Shown here in pieces: positions 1 through 13,112 of a stretch of DNA of 64,000 bases. The position numbers were made by a program, and so were the translations under genes. Source of the stretch: Macrostomum hystrix (Eukaryota; Animalia; Platyhelminthes); NCBI GenBank assembly GCA_950097015.1, contig CATNEN010000034.1, positions 3,658,001 through 3,722,000 of the forward strand. The letters are read 5' to 3'. The notes beneath the pieces were generated by a model. The model was given only the letters and a program-made list of their open reading frames with translations. It was not told the origin of the DNA and searched no databases. Every line of letters starts with the position of its first letter. Position 1 is the stretch's first letter.

Positions 1-1400
1 AATTGACATCTGATGCTTCAGGATTGACATCTGATGTTTCAGGACTGACATCTGATGTTTCAGGACTGACATCGGATGTTTCAGGATTCACATTTGATGT
101 TTCAGAATTGACATCTGATGTTTCAGGATTGACATCTGATGTTTCAGGATTGACATCTGATGTTTCAGGACTGACATCTGATGTTTCAGGATTGACATCT
201 GATGTTTCAGGACTGACATTTGATGTTTCAGAATTGACATCTGATTTTTCAGGATTGACATCTGATGTTTCAGGACTGACATCTGATGTTTCAGGATTGA
301 CATCTGATGTTTCAGGACTGATATATGATGTTTTAGAATTGACATTTGATGTTTCAGGATTGACATCTGATGTTTCAGGATTGACATTTGATGTTTCAGA
401 ACTGACATTTGATGTTTCAGAATTGACATCTGATTTTTCAGGACTGACATCTGATGCTTCAGGATTGACATCTGATGTTTCAGGACTGACATCTGATGTT
501 TCAGAATTGACATCTGATGTTTCAGGATTGACATCTGATGTTTCAGGACTGACATCTGATGTTTCAGGATTGACATCTGATGTTTCAGAACTGACATGTG
601 ATGTTTCAGGACTGACATCTGATGTTTCAGGACTGACATGTGATGTTTCAGAATTGACATTTGATGTTTCAGGACTGACATCTAATGTTTCAGGATTGAC
701 ATTTGATGTTTCAGGATTGACATCTGATGTTTCAGGATTGACATTTGATGTTTCAGAATTGACATTTGATGTTTCAGAATTGACACCGGATGTTTCAGGA
801 CTGACATCTAATGTTTCAGGACTGACATCTGATGCTTCAGGACTGACATTTGATGTTTCAGAATTGACATCTGATGTTTCAGGATTGACATCTGATGTTT
901 CAGGACTGACATCTGATGTTTCAGGATTGACATCTGATGTTTCAGGACTGACATGTGATGTTTCAGGACTGACATCTGATGTTTCAGGATTGACATGTGA
1001 TGTTTCAGGATTGACATTTGATGTTTCAGAATTGACATTTGATGTTTCAGAATTGACATCTGATGTTTCAGGATTGACATCTGATGTTTCAGGACTGACA
1101 TCTGATGTTTCAGGATTGACATCTGATGTTTCAGGACTGACATGTGATGTTTCAGGACTGACATCTGATGTTTCAGGATTGACATGTGATGTTTCAGGAT
1201 TGACATTTGATGTTTCAGAATTGACATTTGATGTTTCAGAATTGACACCTGATGTTTCAGGACTGACATCTGATGTTTTAGGATTGACATCTAATGTTTC
1301 AGGACTGACATGTGATGTTATGGATTACGATATGTTTTTTTAGGATTAGGATCTGATGTTTTTGGATTGGGATCTGACGTTTTTGGATTGAGATGTTTCA
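1..1400. repeat. 21-bp minisatellite (TTGACATCTGATGTTTCAGGA), runs off the window start
   Basis: Direct 21-bp periodicity, degenerating after ~1320. ORFs 3..1343, 88..681 and 808..1290 are only its translation (LTSDVSG heptads). Confidence 0.97.
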
Positions 1401-2091
1401 GGACTGGGGTGCAAACTTCAGGACTTTGACTTGGTGAATGATATGAAGGCCGATATGCCAATAGTATTTACCTATTCTAATCTATATTAGTAACGTACCC
1501 GCAAAGTGAAGTATAAATTAAATAAACAAAGACAAACAGGATCTGTACTTTTGCACACTGACACACGCAGACCCAGATGCAACGCTTTTGCAGTGCTAGA
1601 GGCTGAAAGCAGAAAAGTGCAAGAAGCCGTGCAAAATGCCTATCTAACTAGCCCCATTGCTGTCTACATGAAAATAAGAACTCAATTGAAGTTTGGCTCA
1701 TTAGGAAGCCATAAAATGTTCCTAATTTCATCAGTTTTTAAGGCGTCACAAAAGCAAGCCCAGGTAATTTCACACTGTTAGTGAATATTGTAGCATATTG
1801 CATAATTGAATAGCTGCAGTGAGGTAACTAGTATTAAAATAACACTGACCAATTGTAACGGAGACAAAGTACGCAGTATGCAGCCATTGATTTTTCTATT
1901 AATCATTTATTTTCCAAGGATTTGCCGCGCAAAGGCGAAAAAAGCAAGCGAGAGGACACGATGATGTCGGCACAAAATTAAAGTAAAAACATCAATAAGG
2001 GTAGTTTAATTATTGATAACAATTATAATTATAATATATTTATGATACAGACATAGAAGATATCCTACTTGATCTATTCGAACAGTTGAGT

Positions 2092-5000
2092 TTACTTGAT
2101 TTGAAGGTGCTCAAATTTTTTTAGCAGATCCTCACGATCCTTCTCGCGCTTGCGCTCCCTGTGTGAGCGGGTGAATTAATTAGGATTTAATGAGGATAAT
2201 TGAATGGAAAAGGACTTTTCATGTTTACTGGCGAATAAAAGTACAACGAGCTACCAAAGACCATGAGGTATTGTAAAAAAGGAAAGGAAAAAATAGATTT
2301 CACTTCTTAAAACAACAATTACTTGGAGATTGTCCATCCAATAATTTCCATCCCATGAATACTTAAGATCCTCAGGTAGCTTTACCTCAGATCCTCAGGT
2401 AGCTTTACCTCAGATCCTCAGGTAGCTTTACCTCAGATCCTCAGGTAGCTTTACCTCAGATTCTCAGGTAGCGCTACTTCAGATCCTCAGGAATCGCTAC
2501 TTCAGATCCTCAGGTAGCTTTACCTCAGATTCTCAGGTAGCGCTACTTCAGATCCTCAGGTAGCGCTACTTTAGATCCTCAAGTAGTTTTACCTCAGATC
2601 CTCAGGTTGCGCTACTTCAGATCCTCAGGTAGCGCTACTTCAGATCCTCAATTAGTTTTACCTCAGATCCTCAGGTAGCTTTACCTCAGATCCTCAGGTA
2701 GCGCTTCTTCAGATCCTCAAGTAGTTTTACCTCAGATTCTCAGGTAGCTTTACCTCAGATTCTCAGGTAGCTTTACCTCAGATTCTCAGGTAGCTTTACT
2801 TCAGATCTTCAGGTAGCGCTACTTCAGATCCTCAGGTAGCTATACCTCAGATCCTCAGGTAGCTTTACCTCAGATCCTCAGGTAGCTTTACTTCAGATCC
2901 TCAGGTAGCGCTACTTCAGATCCTCAGGTAGCGCTACTTCGGATCCTCAGGTAGCTTTACCTCAGATTCTCAGGTAGCGCTACTTCAGATCCTCAGGTAG
3001 TTTTACCTCAGATCCTCAGGTAGCGCTACTTCGGATCCTCAGGTAGCTTTACCTCAGATTCTCAGGTAGCGCTACTTCAGATCCTCAAGTAGTTTTACCT
3101 CAGATCCTCAGGTAGCGCTACTTCAGATCCTCAGGTAGCGCTACTTCAGATCCTCAATTAGTTTTACCTCAGATCCTCAGGTAGCTTTACCTCAGATCCT
3201 CAGGTAGCGCTACTTCAGATCCTCAAGTAGTTTTACCTCAGATTCTCAGGTAGCTTTACTTCAGATCTTCAGGTAGCGCTACTTCAGATCCTCAGGTAGC
3301 TATACCTCAGATCCTCAGGTAGCTTTACCTCAGATCCTCAGGTAGCTTTACTTCAGATCCTCAGGTAGCGCTACTTCAGATCCTCAGGTAGCGCTACTTC
3401 GGATCCTCAGGTAGCTTTACTTCAGATTCTCAGGTAGCTTTACCTCAGATCCTCAGGTAGCTTTACTTCAGATCCTCAGGTAGCGCTACTTCAGATCCTC
3501 AGGTAGCTTTACCTCAGATCCTCAGGTAGCTTTACCTCAGATCCTCAGGTAGCTTTACCTCAGATCCTCAGGTAGCTTTACTTCAGATTCTCAGGTAGCT
3601 TTACCTCAGATTCTCAGGTAGCTTTACCTCAGATCCTCAGGTAGCGCTACTTCAGATCCTCAGGTAGCTTTACTTCAGATCCTCAGGTAGCTTTACCTCA
3701 GATCCTCAGGTAGCTTTACCTCAGATCCTCAGGTAGCTTTACCTCAGATCCTCAGGTAGCGCTAGTTCAGATCCTCAGGTAGCTTTACCTCAGATCCTCA
3801 GGTAGCTTTACCTCAGATCCTCAGGTAGCGCTACTTCAGATCCTCAGGTAGTTTTACCTCAGATCCTCAGGTAGCTTTACCTCAGATCCTCAGGTAGCGC
3901 TACTTCAGATGCTCAGGTAGCTTTACCTCAGATCCTCAGGTAGCTTTACCTCAGATCCTCAGGTAGCTTTACCTCAGATCCTTAGATTGAACTACAAAAG
4001 CTAATCCTAAAATATTGATTCCAAAAAAATCTAGAATTTCCAACAAGGCGACTCACTTCTGCCGCTCGGTCTTGTAGGCGTTGGTGAGTTCGTCAAATAG
4101 CTTGCTATTCATCTCCATGAAGGTCTTGAGCACATTGTAGACTAGGGCCATAATGGTCTGGTTCCAGTGCTCCCTAGAGATGCGATAGAACGATGGGAAC
4201 AATATCGGCATGATGGTAGCGTTGTTCTCCTCGATTAGCTGCGTGATGTACTCGTTGTTCCAGAAAAATAGCGCCCGCTCCGCTACCTGAATAAGTCAGG
4301 TACAGTGGGGCACATGTAATTAGCGACTTATTTAGTTATGCATAATCGAAGTGAATTGGGAACGCCTTATAGCAGACTCAATAGACTTAAAAAGTGCTTA
4401 TAAAAGCGTATAAGCTAGAAATAGAGCTATATTCCCTGCCCTTATAGAATAAGGACAGGGATTATAATATGTTGACAGGGATAATAATATGATAACAGGG
4501 ATTATAATATGAGGACAGGGATTATAATATGAGGACATGGATTATAATATGAGGACATGGATTATAATATGAGGACAGGGATTATAATATGAGGACATGG
4601 ATTATAATATGAGGACAGGGATTATAATATGAGGACATGGATTATAATATGAGGACATGAATTATAATATAATAACAGGGATTATAATATGAGGACAGGG
4701 ATTATAATATGAGGACATGGATTATAATATGAGGACAGGGATTATAATATTAGGACAGGGATTATAATATGAGGACAGGGATTATAATATGTTGACAGGG
4801 ATTATAATATGAGGACAGGGATTATAATATGAGGACAGGGATTATAATATGAGGACATGGATTATAATATGAGGACAGGGATTATAATATGAGGACATGA
4901 ATTGTAATATGAGGACAGGGATTATAATATGAGGACAGGGATTATAATATGAGGACATGAATTGTAATATGAGGACAGGGATTATAATATGAGGACAGGG

Positions 5001-8000
5001 ATTATAATATGAGGACATGGATTATAATATGAGGACATGAATTGTAATATGAGGACAGGGATTATAATATGAGGACAGGGATTATAATATGAGGACATGA
5101 ATTGTAATATGAGGACAGGGATTATAATATGAGGACAGGGATTATAATATGAGGACAGGGATTATAATATGAGGACAGGGATTATAATATGAGGACATGG
5201 ATTATAATATGAGTACAGGGATTATAATATGAGGACAGGGATTATAATATGAGGACATGGATTATAATATGAGGACAGGGATTATAATATGAGGACATGG
5301 ATTATAATATGAGGACATGAATTGTAATATGAGGACAGGGATTATAATATGAGGACAGGGATTATAATATGAGGACAGGGATTATAATATGAGGACAGGG
5401 ATTATAATATGAGGACATGGATTATAATATGAGGACATGAATTGTAATATGAGGACAGGGATTATAATATGAGGACAGGGATTATAATATGAGGACAGGG
5501 ATTATAATATGAGGACAGGGATTATAATATGAGGACATGGATTATAATATGAGGACAGGGATTATAATATGAGGACATGGATTATAATATGAGGACATGA
5601 ATTGTAATATGAGGACAGGGATTATAATATGAGGACAGGGATTATCATACGATAACACGGATTATAAAATTATTGTATAAGAATATATAAATTATATTAA
5701 AAATAATTAAAATATGGTTTTAATAAAAGGGGATAAATTGTAATGAAACAGAAGATAGCTCTGACCTGAAAGTGCGAACTGCTAACCGACTTCGCGATTT
5801 GCTTGAACAGTGGCACCATAATCTTTTCAAACTGGCCAGGCTCCATCACGTCCAGAATCTCTTCGATCTCGCCTAGATACATGATCTCCTTTGAGCTGAC
5901 TGTGCGCGGCCAGAATTTGAGCAGACCGCGGACGACCTGCTCGGTCAGGGTGGCGTCCTTCTCCAGGAACTGAACCACACAGTAGGCCAGCTGTGCATGA
6001 AACATGCCCAATGATTTGGCCTTGTGCAACGGTAGCAGCACTTTGACTAGGAACTGCTTATGCTCGGCCTTCAGTGGCAGAGCGAATCCGTTGATGATGC
6101 TGCCCAGAATCTCGAGCAGTTCGCCAACACCGTTGAACTGCTCAGTCTCGTAGATGAAGCGCAGAAAGATATTATTAATCTGTTTGCGTATGAAAGCCCG
6201 CAGGCCAAGAAATTTGCCATAGATGCGGTGAAGCACCGTTTTAAGAAAGTCGCGCTCTCTAGGATCTTCGCTGTCGAATAGTTCCAGAAGCTGCGGGGAT
6301 GACAATTAAACTAAAAACGTAACTGTGTATCTATGACGCCCTCGACATCCTACTGACAAGATCGAGTAGGATATACGCATATTTATTATGTGTAAAATAA
6401 TATTTTGCCTAACGATTTCCCGATTGTTTGGTCATTTGTAGATTTTTTGTTCATCAGAGATTCGGGATAATTTACTTACTCTATGAAAATTTTCACTGAA
6501 GATTCTCTTAGTTGGAATAGGCTATATTGCAAGTAATTTCTTGCAAATTTATTACGAATTTGTAATTTATTACAATAGACAGAGTAAAATATGGGTTATA
6601 AAAACATGTTTCAAACAGGGGATAAAGAAATTTATTTTTTAATACAAAGAATAAAGAATAAAGGATAAAGAAATTTAATTTTTTAATTTAACAGCATTAT
6701 TATTTAGCAAATTAAAAAATCAATAATAGTATAGTAATAATATTATATTGATTGACTGAGCAAACGCTTTTTTGTCTTAACTAAACACTACAGCTTGCTT
6801 TAATTATTACATCTAATACGCAGACACTTACGTTTCTTGTGTTATAAGTTTTAAGGATTATTTTACTAATAAAGTGCATACCCTGATGTAGTATAAATAA
6901 ATTGGGAAAGAAAAAAGAAGTCCTATAAAATATGGACCCGCCCAATTCTAGCCCGCGTTGAGTACTGCCCGTTCTCTGTGGTGTGTATTCTAAGTATACA
7001 AAGGAATTCTAAGACATTGTCTAGCCTCTCACAACAACTAGACAACGTTTAGAGAAGATAATGTCATAGTGACCGCTAGATACCAGATGCAGGCACAAAG
7101 TACACTGTCCATCAATTATACTGAGTCCGATGGGCCCAGCGATGCAAAGAAACACGGGACAGTTAGGTCGTCAGAAGATCTATTGCTAAGGCATAGATTT
7201 CTATCGTCTCTTAACTTTAGAGCAGTAAAAAGAGAACGGCCCTTTGCAGCCAGTCGTGCTTGTAATCATAGTTGACAACGCGACAGTCTGAATGACTACT
7301 GGCACTCAGTGATCTAGTCTAGTAGACAAGATAAGGCAGCGCCTACCACATTCGATGCTTGCATAGCCAACTTTATCCTGCATCGGTTTTTAGGGCCGCG
7401 TTTTTTTCTAATATTTCAGTTGTAATAGTTGCATTCGTTTCAGTTTTTATCCTGCCTCAGTTGTAATAGCTGCATTCATTTCAGTTTTTATCCTGCCTCA
7501 GTTGTAATACGAGCGTAGCTGCATTCATTTCAGTGTTTATCCAGCCTCAGTTTTAATAGCTACATTCATTTCAGTTTTTATCCTCCCTCAGTTCTCATAG
7601 TTGCATTCATTTTAGTTTTTATCCTGCCTCAGTTGTAATACGAGCGTAGCTGCATTCATTTCAGTTTTTATCCAGCTTCAGTTGTAATAGCTGCATTCAT
7701 TTCAGTTTTTATCCAGCCTCAGTTGTCATAGTTGCATTCATTTCAGTTTTTATCCAGCCTCAGTTTTCATAGCTGCATTCATTTTAGTTTTTATCCTGCC
7801 TCAGTTGTAATAGCTGCATTCATTTCAGTTTTTATCCAGCCTCAGTTGTCATAGTTGCATTCATTTCAGTTTTTATCCAGCCTCAGTTGTCATAGTTGCA
7901 TTCATTTCAGTTTTTTTTCCAGCCTCAGTTGTCATAGTTGCATTCATTTCAGTTTTTATCCTGCCTCAGTTGTAATAGCTGCATTCATTTCAGTGTTTAT

Positions 8001-11000
8001 CCAGCCTCAGTTTTAATAGCTGCATTCATTTCAGTATTTATCCTGCCTCAGTTGTCATAATTGCATTCATTTCAGTTTTTATCCTGCCTCAGTTGTAATA
8101 CGAGCGTAGCTGCATTCATTTCAGTGTTTATCCAGCCTCAGTTTTAATAGCTACATTCATTTCAGTTTTTATCCTGCCTCAGTTCTCATAGTTGCATTCA
8201 TTTCAGTTTTTATCCAGCCTCAGTTGTCATAGCTGCATTCATTTTAGTTTTTATCCTGCCTCAGTTGTAATAGCTGCATTCATTTCAGTTTTTATCCAGC
8301 CTCAGTTGTCATAGTTGCATTCATTTCAGTTTTTATCCAGCCTCAGTTGTCATAGTTGCATTCATTTCAGTTTTTATCCAGCCTCAGTTGTCATAGTTGC
8401 ATTCATTTCAGTTTTTATCCTGCCTCAGTTGTCATAGCTGCATTCATTTCAGTTTTTATCCAGCCTCAGTTGTCATAGCTGCATTCATTTCAGTTTTTAT
8501 CCTGCCTCAGTTGTAATAGCTACATTCATTTCAGTTTTTATCCTGCCTCAGTTGTCATAGCTGCATTCATTTCAGTTTTTATCCAGCCTCAGTTGTCGTA
8601 GCTGCAGTCATTTCAGTTTTTATCCTGCCTCAGTTGTAATAGCTACATTCATTTCAGTTTTTATCCAGCCTCAGTTGTCATAGTTGCATTCATTTCAGTT
8701 TTTATCCAGCCTCAGTTGTCATAGCTGCATTCATTTCAGTTTTTATCCAGCCTCAGTTGTAATAGCTGCATTCATTTCAGTTTTTATCCTGCCTCAGTTG
8801 TAATAGCTACATTCATTTCAGTTTTTATCCTGCCTCAGTTGTCATAGCTGCATTCATTTCAGTTTTTATCCAGCCTCAGTTGTCATAGCTGCAGTCATTT
8901 CAGTTTTTATCCTGCCTCAGTTGTCATAGCTGCATTCATTTCAGTTTTTATCCTGCCTCAGTTGTAATAGCTGCATTCATTTCAGTTTTTATCCTGCCTC
9001 AGTTGTAATAGCTACATTCATTTCAGTTTTTATCCTGCCTCAGTTGTAATAGCTACATTCATTTCAGTTTTTATCCAGCCTCAGTTGTCATAGTTGCATT
9101 CATTTCAGTTTTTATCCAGCCTCAGTTGTCATAGTTGCAGTTATTTCAGTTTTTATACTGCCTCAGTTGTAATAGCTGCATTCATTTCAGTTTTTTATCC
9201 TGCCTCAGTTGTAATAGCTACATTAATTTCAGTCATCTTCGTTTTAGTTTTTATTAAAATACTAAAGTTTTTTTTCTGAAATTTCACTTTGATCACAATC
9301 TTGTCTAAACGGTGTATTCTATTTTAATTATCACGACACCAGAATAAGAAAGCGAAGGTCTTGCATAAGACTTTAATGAAGAAAAGAAGAAACCGCGGCA
9401 AAACGTGACCGCGACAAAACTTGCCCGCCTCATCACCTCCAGAATATTCCGTTTTTATCCGCTGCTATTGCGGGCCTTGCCCACCCCCCGCCTCGGGGCA
9501 GGATGCAGCGAGTAGAGAGAGGCAGAAAAGACAGCAAAAATCCCAAAGCTATAGCTATATAAGTCAGTAAAATAATAAACTTATCCATGGTAGGCGCCAG
9601 AATTAAATTATCTCTCAGCTGAAGCATCAGACACGAAATAAGCTAGATGAAACCGACTGTGACAAAACATGGCAACATGTACCGAGTCATGTAGTCCACA
9701 GACACTTAAATTAGTCATTTTAGCTGCCGCTTAATACATGTTTAACCCATAGCTTTCAGCTTGGGGGTTTTTTATAACCTCCTTAAGTGTGCTTGAACAT
9801 TTTAACCTCCTTAGTCAGTACATACTCTGTGTTTTAGGTTGTACATTAGACACCCCTGTATGTCAGTTTGCACATTGGACACCCCTGTATGTCAGTTTGC
9901 ACATTAGACACCCCTGAATGTCAGTTTGTACATTGGACACCCCTGTATGTCAGTTTGTACATTAGACACCCCTGAATGTCAGTTTGTACATTGGACACCC
10001 CTGAATGTCAGTTTGTACATTAGACACCCCTGTATGTCAGTTTGTACATTGGATACCCCTGTATGTCAGTTTGCACATTAGACACCCCTGAATGTCAGTT
10101 TGTACATTGGACACCCCTGTATGTCAGTTTGTACATTGGACACCCCTGTATGTCAGTTTGCACATTAGACACCCCTGAATGTCAGTTTGTACATTAGACA
10201 CCCCTGAATGTCAGTTTGTACATTAGACACCCCTGAATGTCAGTTTGTACATTAGACACCCCTGAATGTCAGTTTGTACATTAGACACCCCTGAATGTCA
10301 GTTTGTACATTAGACACCCCTGAATGTCAGTTTGTACATTGGACACCCCTGAATGTCAGTTTGTACATTGGACACCCCTGTATGTCAGTTTGCACATTAG
10401 ACACCCCTGTATGTCGGTATGTACATTAGACACCCCTGTATGTCGGTATGTACATTAGACACCCCTGAATGTCAGTTTGTACATTGGACACCCCTGAATG
10501 TCAGTTTGTACATTAGACACCCCTGAATGTCAGTTTGCACATTAGACACCCCTGTATGTCGGTATGTACATTAGACACCCCTGTATGTCAGCATGTACAT
10601 GTACAGCATGGGCCAGTTTGCACTTGTCCCATTTGAATTTAACATTAAGCATTCGTTTTAAGTTCACAACAAAAAGTAAAGATCGCATAGGCCACACAGA
10701 AGTCGCCATTATCTCACCTGCAGAACGAATCGCTGATCGATGTACTTCTTAGCAACTGACGGTTGAAAATCCGGCGATTCCAAAACGCGCAAAAAGAATT
10801 CGTAAACAAACTAAAAATATTCAATCGAATCATTTAAAATATAACGAAGCGTTTAAATATCTGAGTAAATAATTATAACAAACAGGTCAACTTGGTCAAA
10901 TACCTGCAAGTGCGGCCAAGACGCCTCGAGGGTAGGATCGTCTTCTTCGGGATCAAAATCCGGATTATCAGACGGCGGAAGTGTTCGAAATATGTTGCAG

Positions 11001-12397
11001 GCAATCTGAAAGAAAAGTATGGAACATAATTTTTGCAGGGTAACATTCTTTAGTTTACTAATAAGTATATAACTTTTTTTCAGTAGAATCTTAAAATGTG
11101 AGACGTAAAGTGGGAATAAATCTACAACTTATAGGCTTGTTTGGGACAGCCAGTTTATTAATCAACACCTCTATAATTTTAATATGGTAATATGGTAACA
11201 ATAGCACATCATTTGGTGACACTAGACCCGCAGCCAGCGAGGAGGCAATTCTGCCCATTTCGCTGACTCCTGAGCACACACGCACACAGATACTGCACGA
11301 TGGCACGCGCTCACACAGGTGTGTACATCTGCCCTGACTTTCTCATCGTCAGGCAGTGTACACTCTCACTGTACCTTGGAGGTTGGCCCTCAAGGGCGTA
11401 AATTGCACGACAAGTACCCTTCACGCCTTCTCTCCGCGGCTGCGCCCCAAATAAATGTGGCCTCGCCGCGGAATCGAACTTAGGGACCGCGGTGCGAGAG
11501 GCTAACGCCTTAACCGCTCTGAAGGCTTGATCAGTGAAATTAGAAAAATTCGCGTCAGGGTGTCCATAGTGGCCTAGTTCCACCTGTTGTAGTCCTAGAA
11601 GGCCCAGCAGTCCGTCTAGATAAGGTAGGTGACCACCGTAGACGGAGAAGATGCAGGCACATTCGGGTGACATGCTGTTAAATTTTGAATGCCTGGCAAG
11701 GCCGCACTGAGGCGCAGTGCTAATTCGTGTATAGCGGGGTGTATGAAATACACTAGCGCCCATTGAAAAAATCTGACCTTTCGGCCAGAATCATTGAATA
11801 TCTCGACGGCCAGAAGAACTGGCGACTTGATTATTGTTTCAGAAGATGCGCAACAAAAAGTTAGCCAGTGTTCCCGAGTTTCGTGTGCTTGCATTGCTCC
11901 GTTCGGGTGCAGCACAAAATGGTGAAAATTCAACCCCCTGGTAGTTCTACTGTTAAGTGTCCAACTTTTACTTACTCATACTTTTCAAACATTTATGTTC
12001 CGCCGAATTTTCAGAGCTAGCTCACCATTCGAATAATTTCCGGATAAGTGGCATCTTGCAGCACGCTTCTAGTGACTGTGACATAATCCACCAGCTCATT
12101 AAGGCAGGTTCGTTTAATCTCCTTGGATTTCACATCGGACACTGGGTCCGAGAAGTCGAACACAACGCAGCATTGTTGCAGCTTTTTAACAAACAATTCC
12201 TGCTGCTCCCCGGCAGGTGAATCTTTCAACTGCGGCAATTGGGTCAGCTCTGTTGGCGCCTTCGGCCGGTAGTGAGACGAACCGCGCGACCTTTTCGCCG
12301 CCTTCTTGCTGGCTTTTAATTCGTTTTTATTGCGAAACGGATCGGATTTATCTTTGGCTGGCCCGTCTGGCTTGCCACCGACGCCGGATGCGGACAT
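2092..12397 (-). CDS. PPP2R5: PP2A regulatory subunit B56/B' (PPP2R5A/E, widerborst-like), 6 exons, 462 aa
   Basis: Exons complement(12026..12397, 10904..11005, 10718..10810, 5766..6290, 4057..4286, 2092..2158), all GT-AG and phase-consistent, total 1389 nt. B56 motifs: [77 protein letters not shown]. Confidence 0.96.
2365..3985. repeat. 23-bp minisatellite (AGATCCTCAGGTAGCTTTACCTC / ...GTAGCGCTACTTC) in PP2A intron 5
   Basis: 23-bp period with two interspersed unit variants; rare variants recur at 460-bp spacing (2801/3261, 2841/3301). Confidence 0.97.
4453..5645. repeat. 20-bp minisatellite (ATTATAATATGAGGACAGGG) in PP2A intron 4
   Basis: Exact 20-bp period visible in column alignment. 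Confidence 0.97.
7420..9230. repeat. 41-bp minisatellite (GTTGTAATAGCTGCATTCATTTCAGTTTTTATCCTGCCTCA) in PP2A intron 3
   Basis: 41-bp period (e.g. 7801/7842); a 7-nt CGAGCGT insertion variant occurs at 7510, 7641 and 8101. Confidence 0.97.
9843..10590. repeat. 29-bp minisatellite (ACATTAGACACCCCTGAATGTCAGTTTGT) in PP2A intron 3
   Basis: 29-bp period (10201/10230). Confidence 0.97.
11185..11526 (-). mobile_element. tRNA-derived SINE, family A, copy 1 (PP2A intron 1)
   Basis: Minus strand begins with A-box-like CAGAGCGGTTAAGGCG and B-box GTTCGATTCC; body closely matches copies at 22428 and 47266 (GAGTCAGCGAAATGGGCAGAATTGCC). Confidence 0.85.
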
Positions 12398-12804
12398 GTG
12401 TGAGTGCTTCTTGACACTTGATTGGATCCGTTTAAAGTCAATGCAAACTGCTTGCCAGTCTAAATGGCTGAAATGCAAATCAAAATTATGAAAAGAAACA
12501 TTTTTTATGCATTGATTAAAAAATTCCAATAAAAATCTAACATAGAAGAAACACAATATTTTGTCATAACTATCATTACAAAAAATGATAGGATTAGCTA
12601 GTAACTGTCTGTATTCTCTCTTAATTTAAATCTTTTTTGCCATTTCAATTCCAAAAACCAACCCGCAACATAAAAAAGGTATTTAGCAGTAAATAAAAAT
12701 AAGATAATAAGAACTCAATACACAAGTTTAGTGATGTGCTTACTTAAACTGACTAAACTCAATACTTATTTGTAATACTATTGAAAATAGATATAATACT
12801 AATA

Positions 12805-13112
12805 ATAATAATTGATTACACCTGCCCCAATCGGGTCAGATGTGCAGCCGACAGCACAGCCGCAGCTATTGCGCGGCGCATCAGAAGGCTGCGTACAGCT
12901 GTTCAGTCCATGGACTGGGGGGACGCCACACCCACCTTCAATTATCCCAGCTAATGCTGGTACCCATTTAACAGCTGGGTGAACTGAAGCAATGCAGAGT
13001 TAAGTGTCTTGCTAAAGGACACAAATTGTTTCAGTGGAGTCGGGAATCGAACCCCCGACCTTCAAGTCGTTAGTCTGATGCCCTAACCACTAGGACTAGG
13101 CTACAACCTCTC
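12805..13112 (-). mobile_element. tRNA-derived CORE-type SINE, family B, full-length copy
   Basis: tRNA head (TAGCCTAG..GGTT; GGTTCGATTCC) followed by TGTGTCCTTTAGCAAGACACTTAAC...CTGTTAAATGGG resembling the MIR/CORE domain; AT-rich tail; near-identical to 19014..19320. Confidence 0.88.

Noticed and set aside
3-1343. 446-aa (LTSDVSG)n ORF and similar long ORFs at 25062, 26449, 27193, 30755, 44734, 53057, 54003, 54826 and 56907
   Set aside because: They are translations of minisatellites that happen to lack stop codons. They are open on both strands or in several frames, lie in introns or intergenic DNA, and some shift frame at indel variants.
5697-6305. ORF-track N- and C-termini of the PP2A fragments (MSSPQ..., ...[11 protein letters not shown]; MCFFYVRF... 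at 12556)
   Set aside because: These are read-through into intron or upstream sequence; splice sites delimit the true exons.
11330-11375. CTGACGA (hammerhead CUGANGA-like) motif in SINE family A
   Set aside because: It sits inside a simple long hairpin, and I could not find the stem II-GAAA-stem III-UH arrangement needed for a hammerhead ribozyme.
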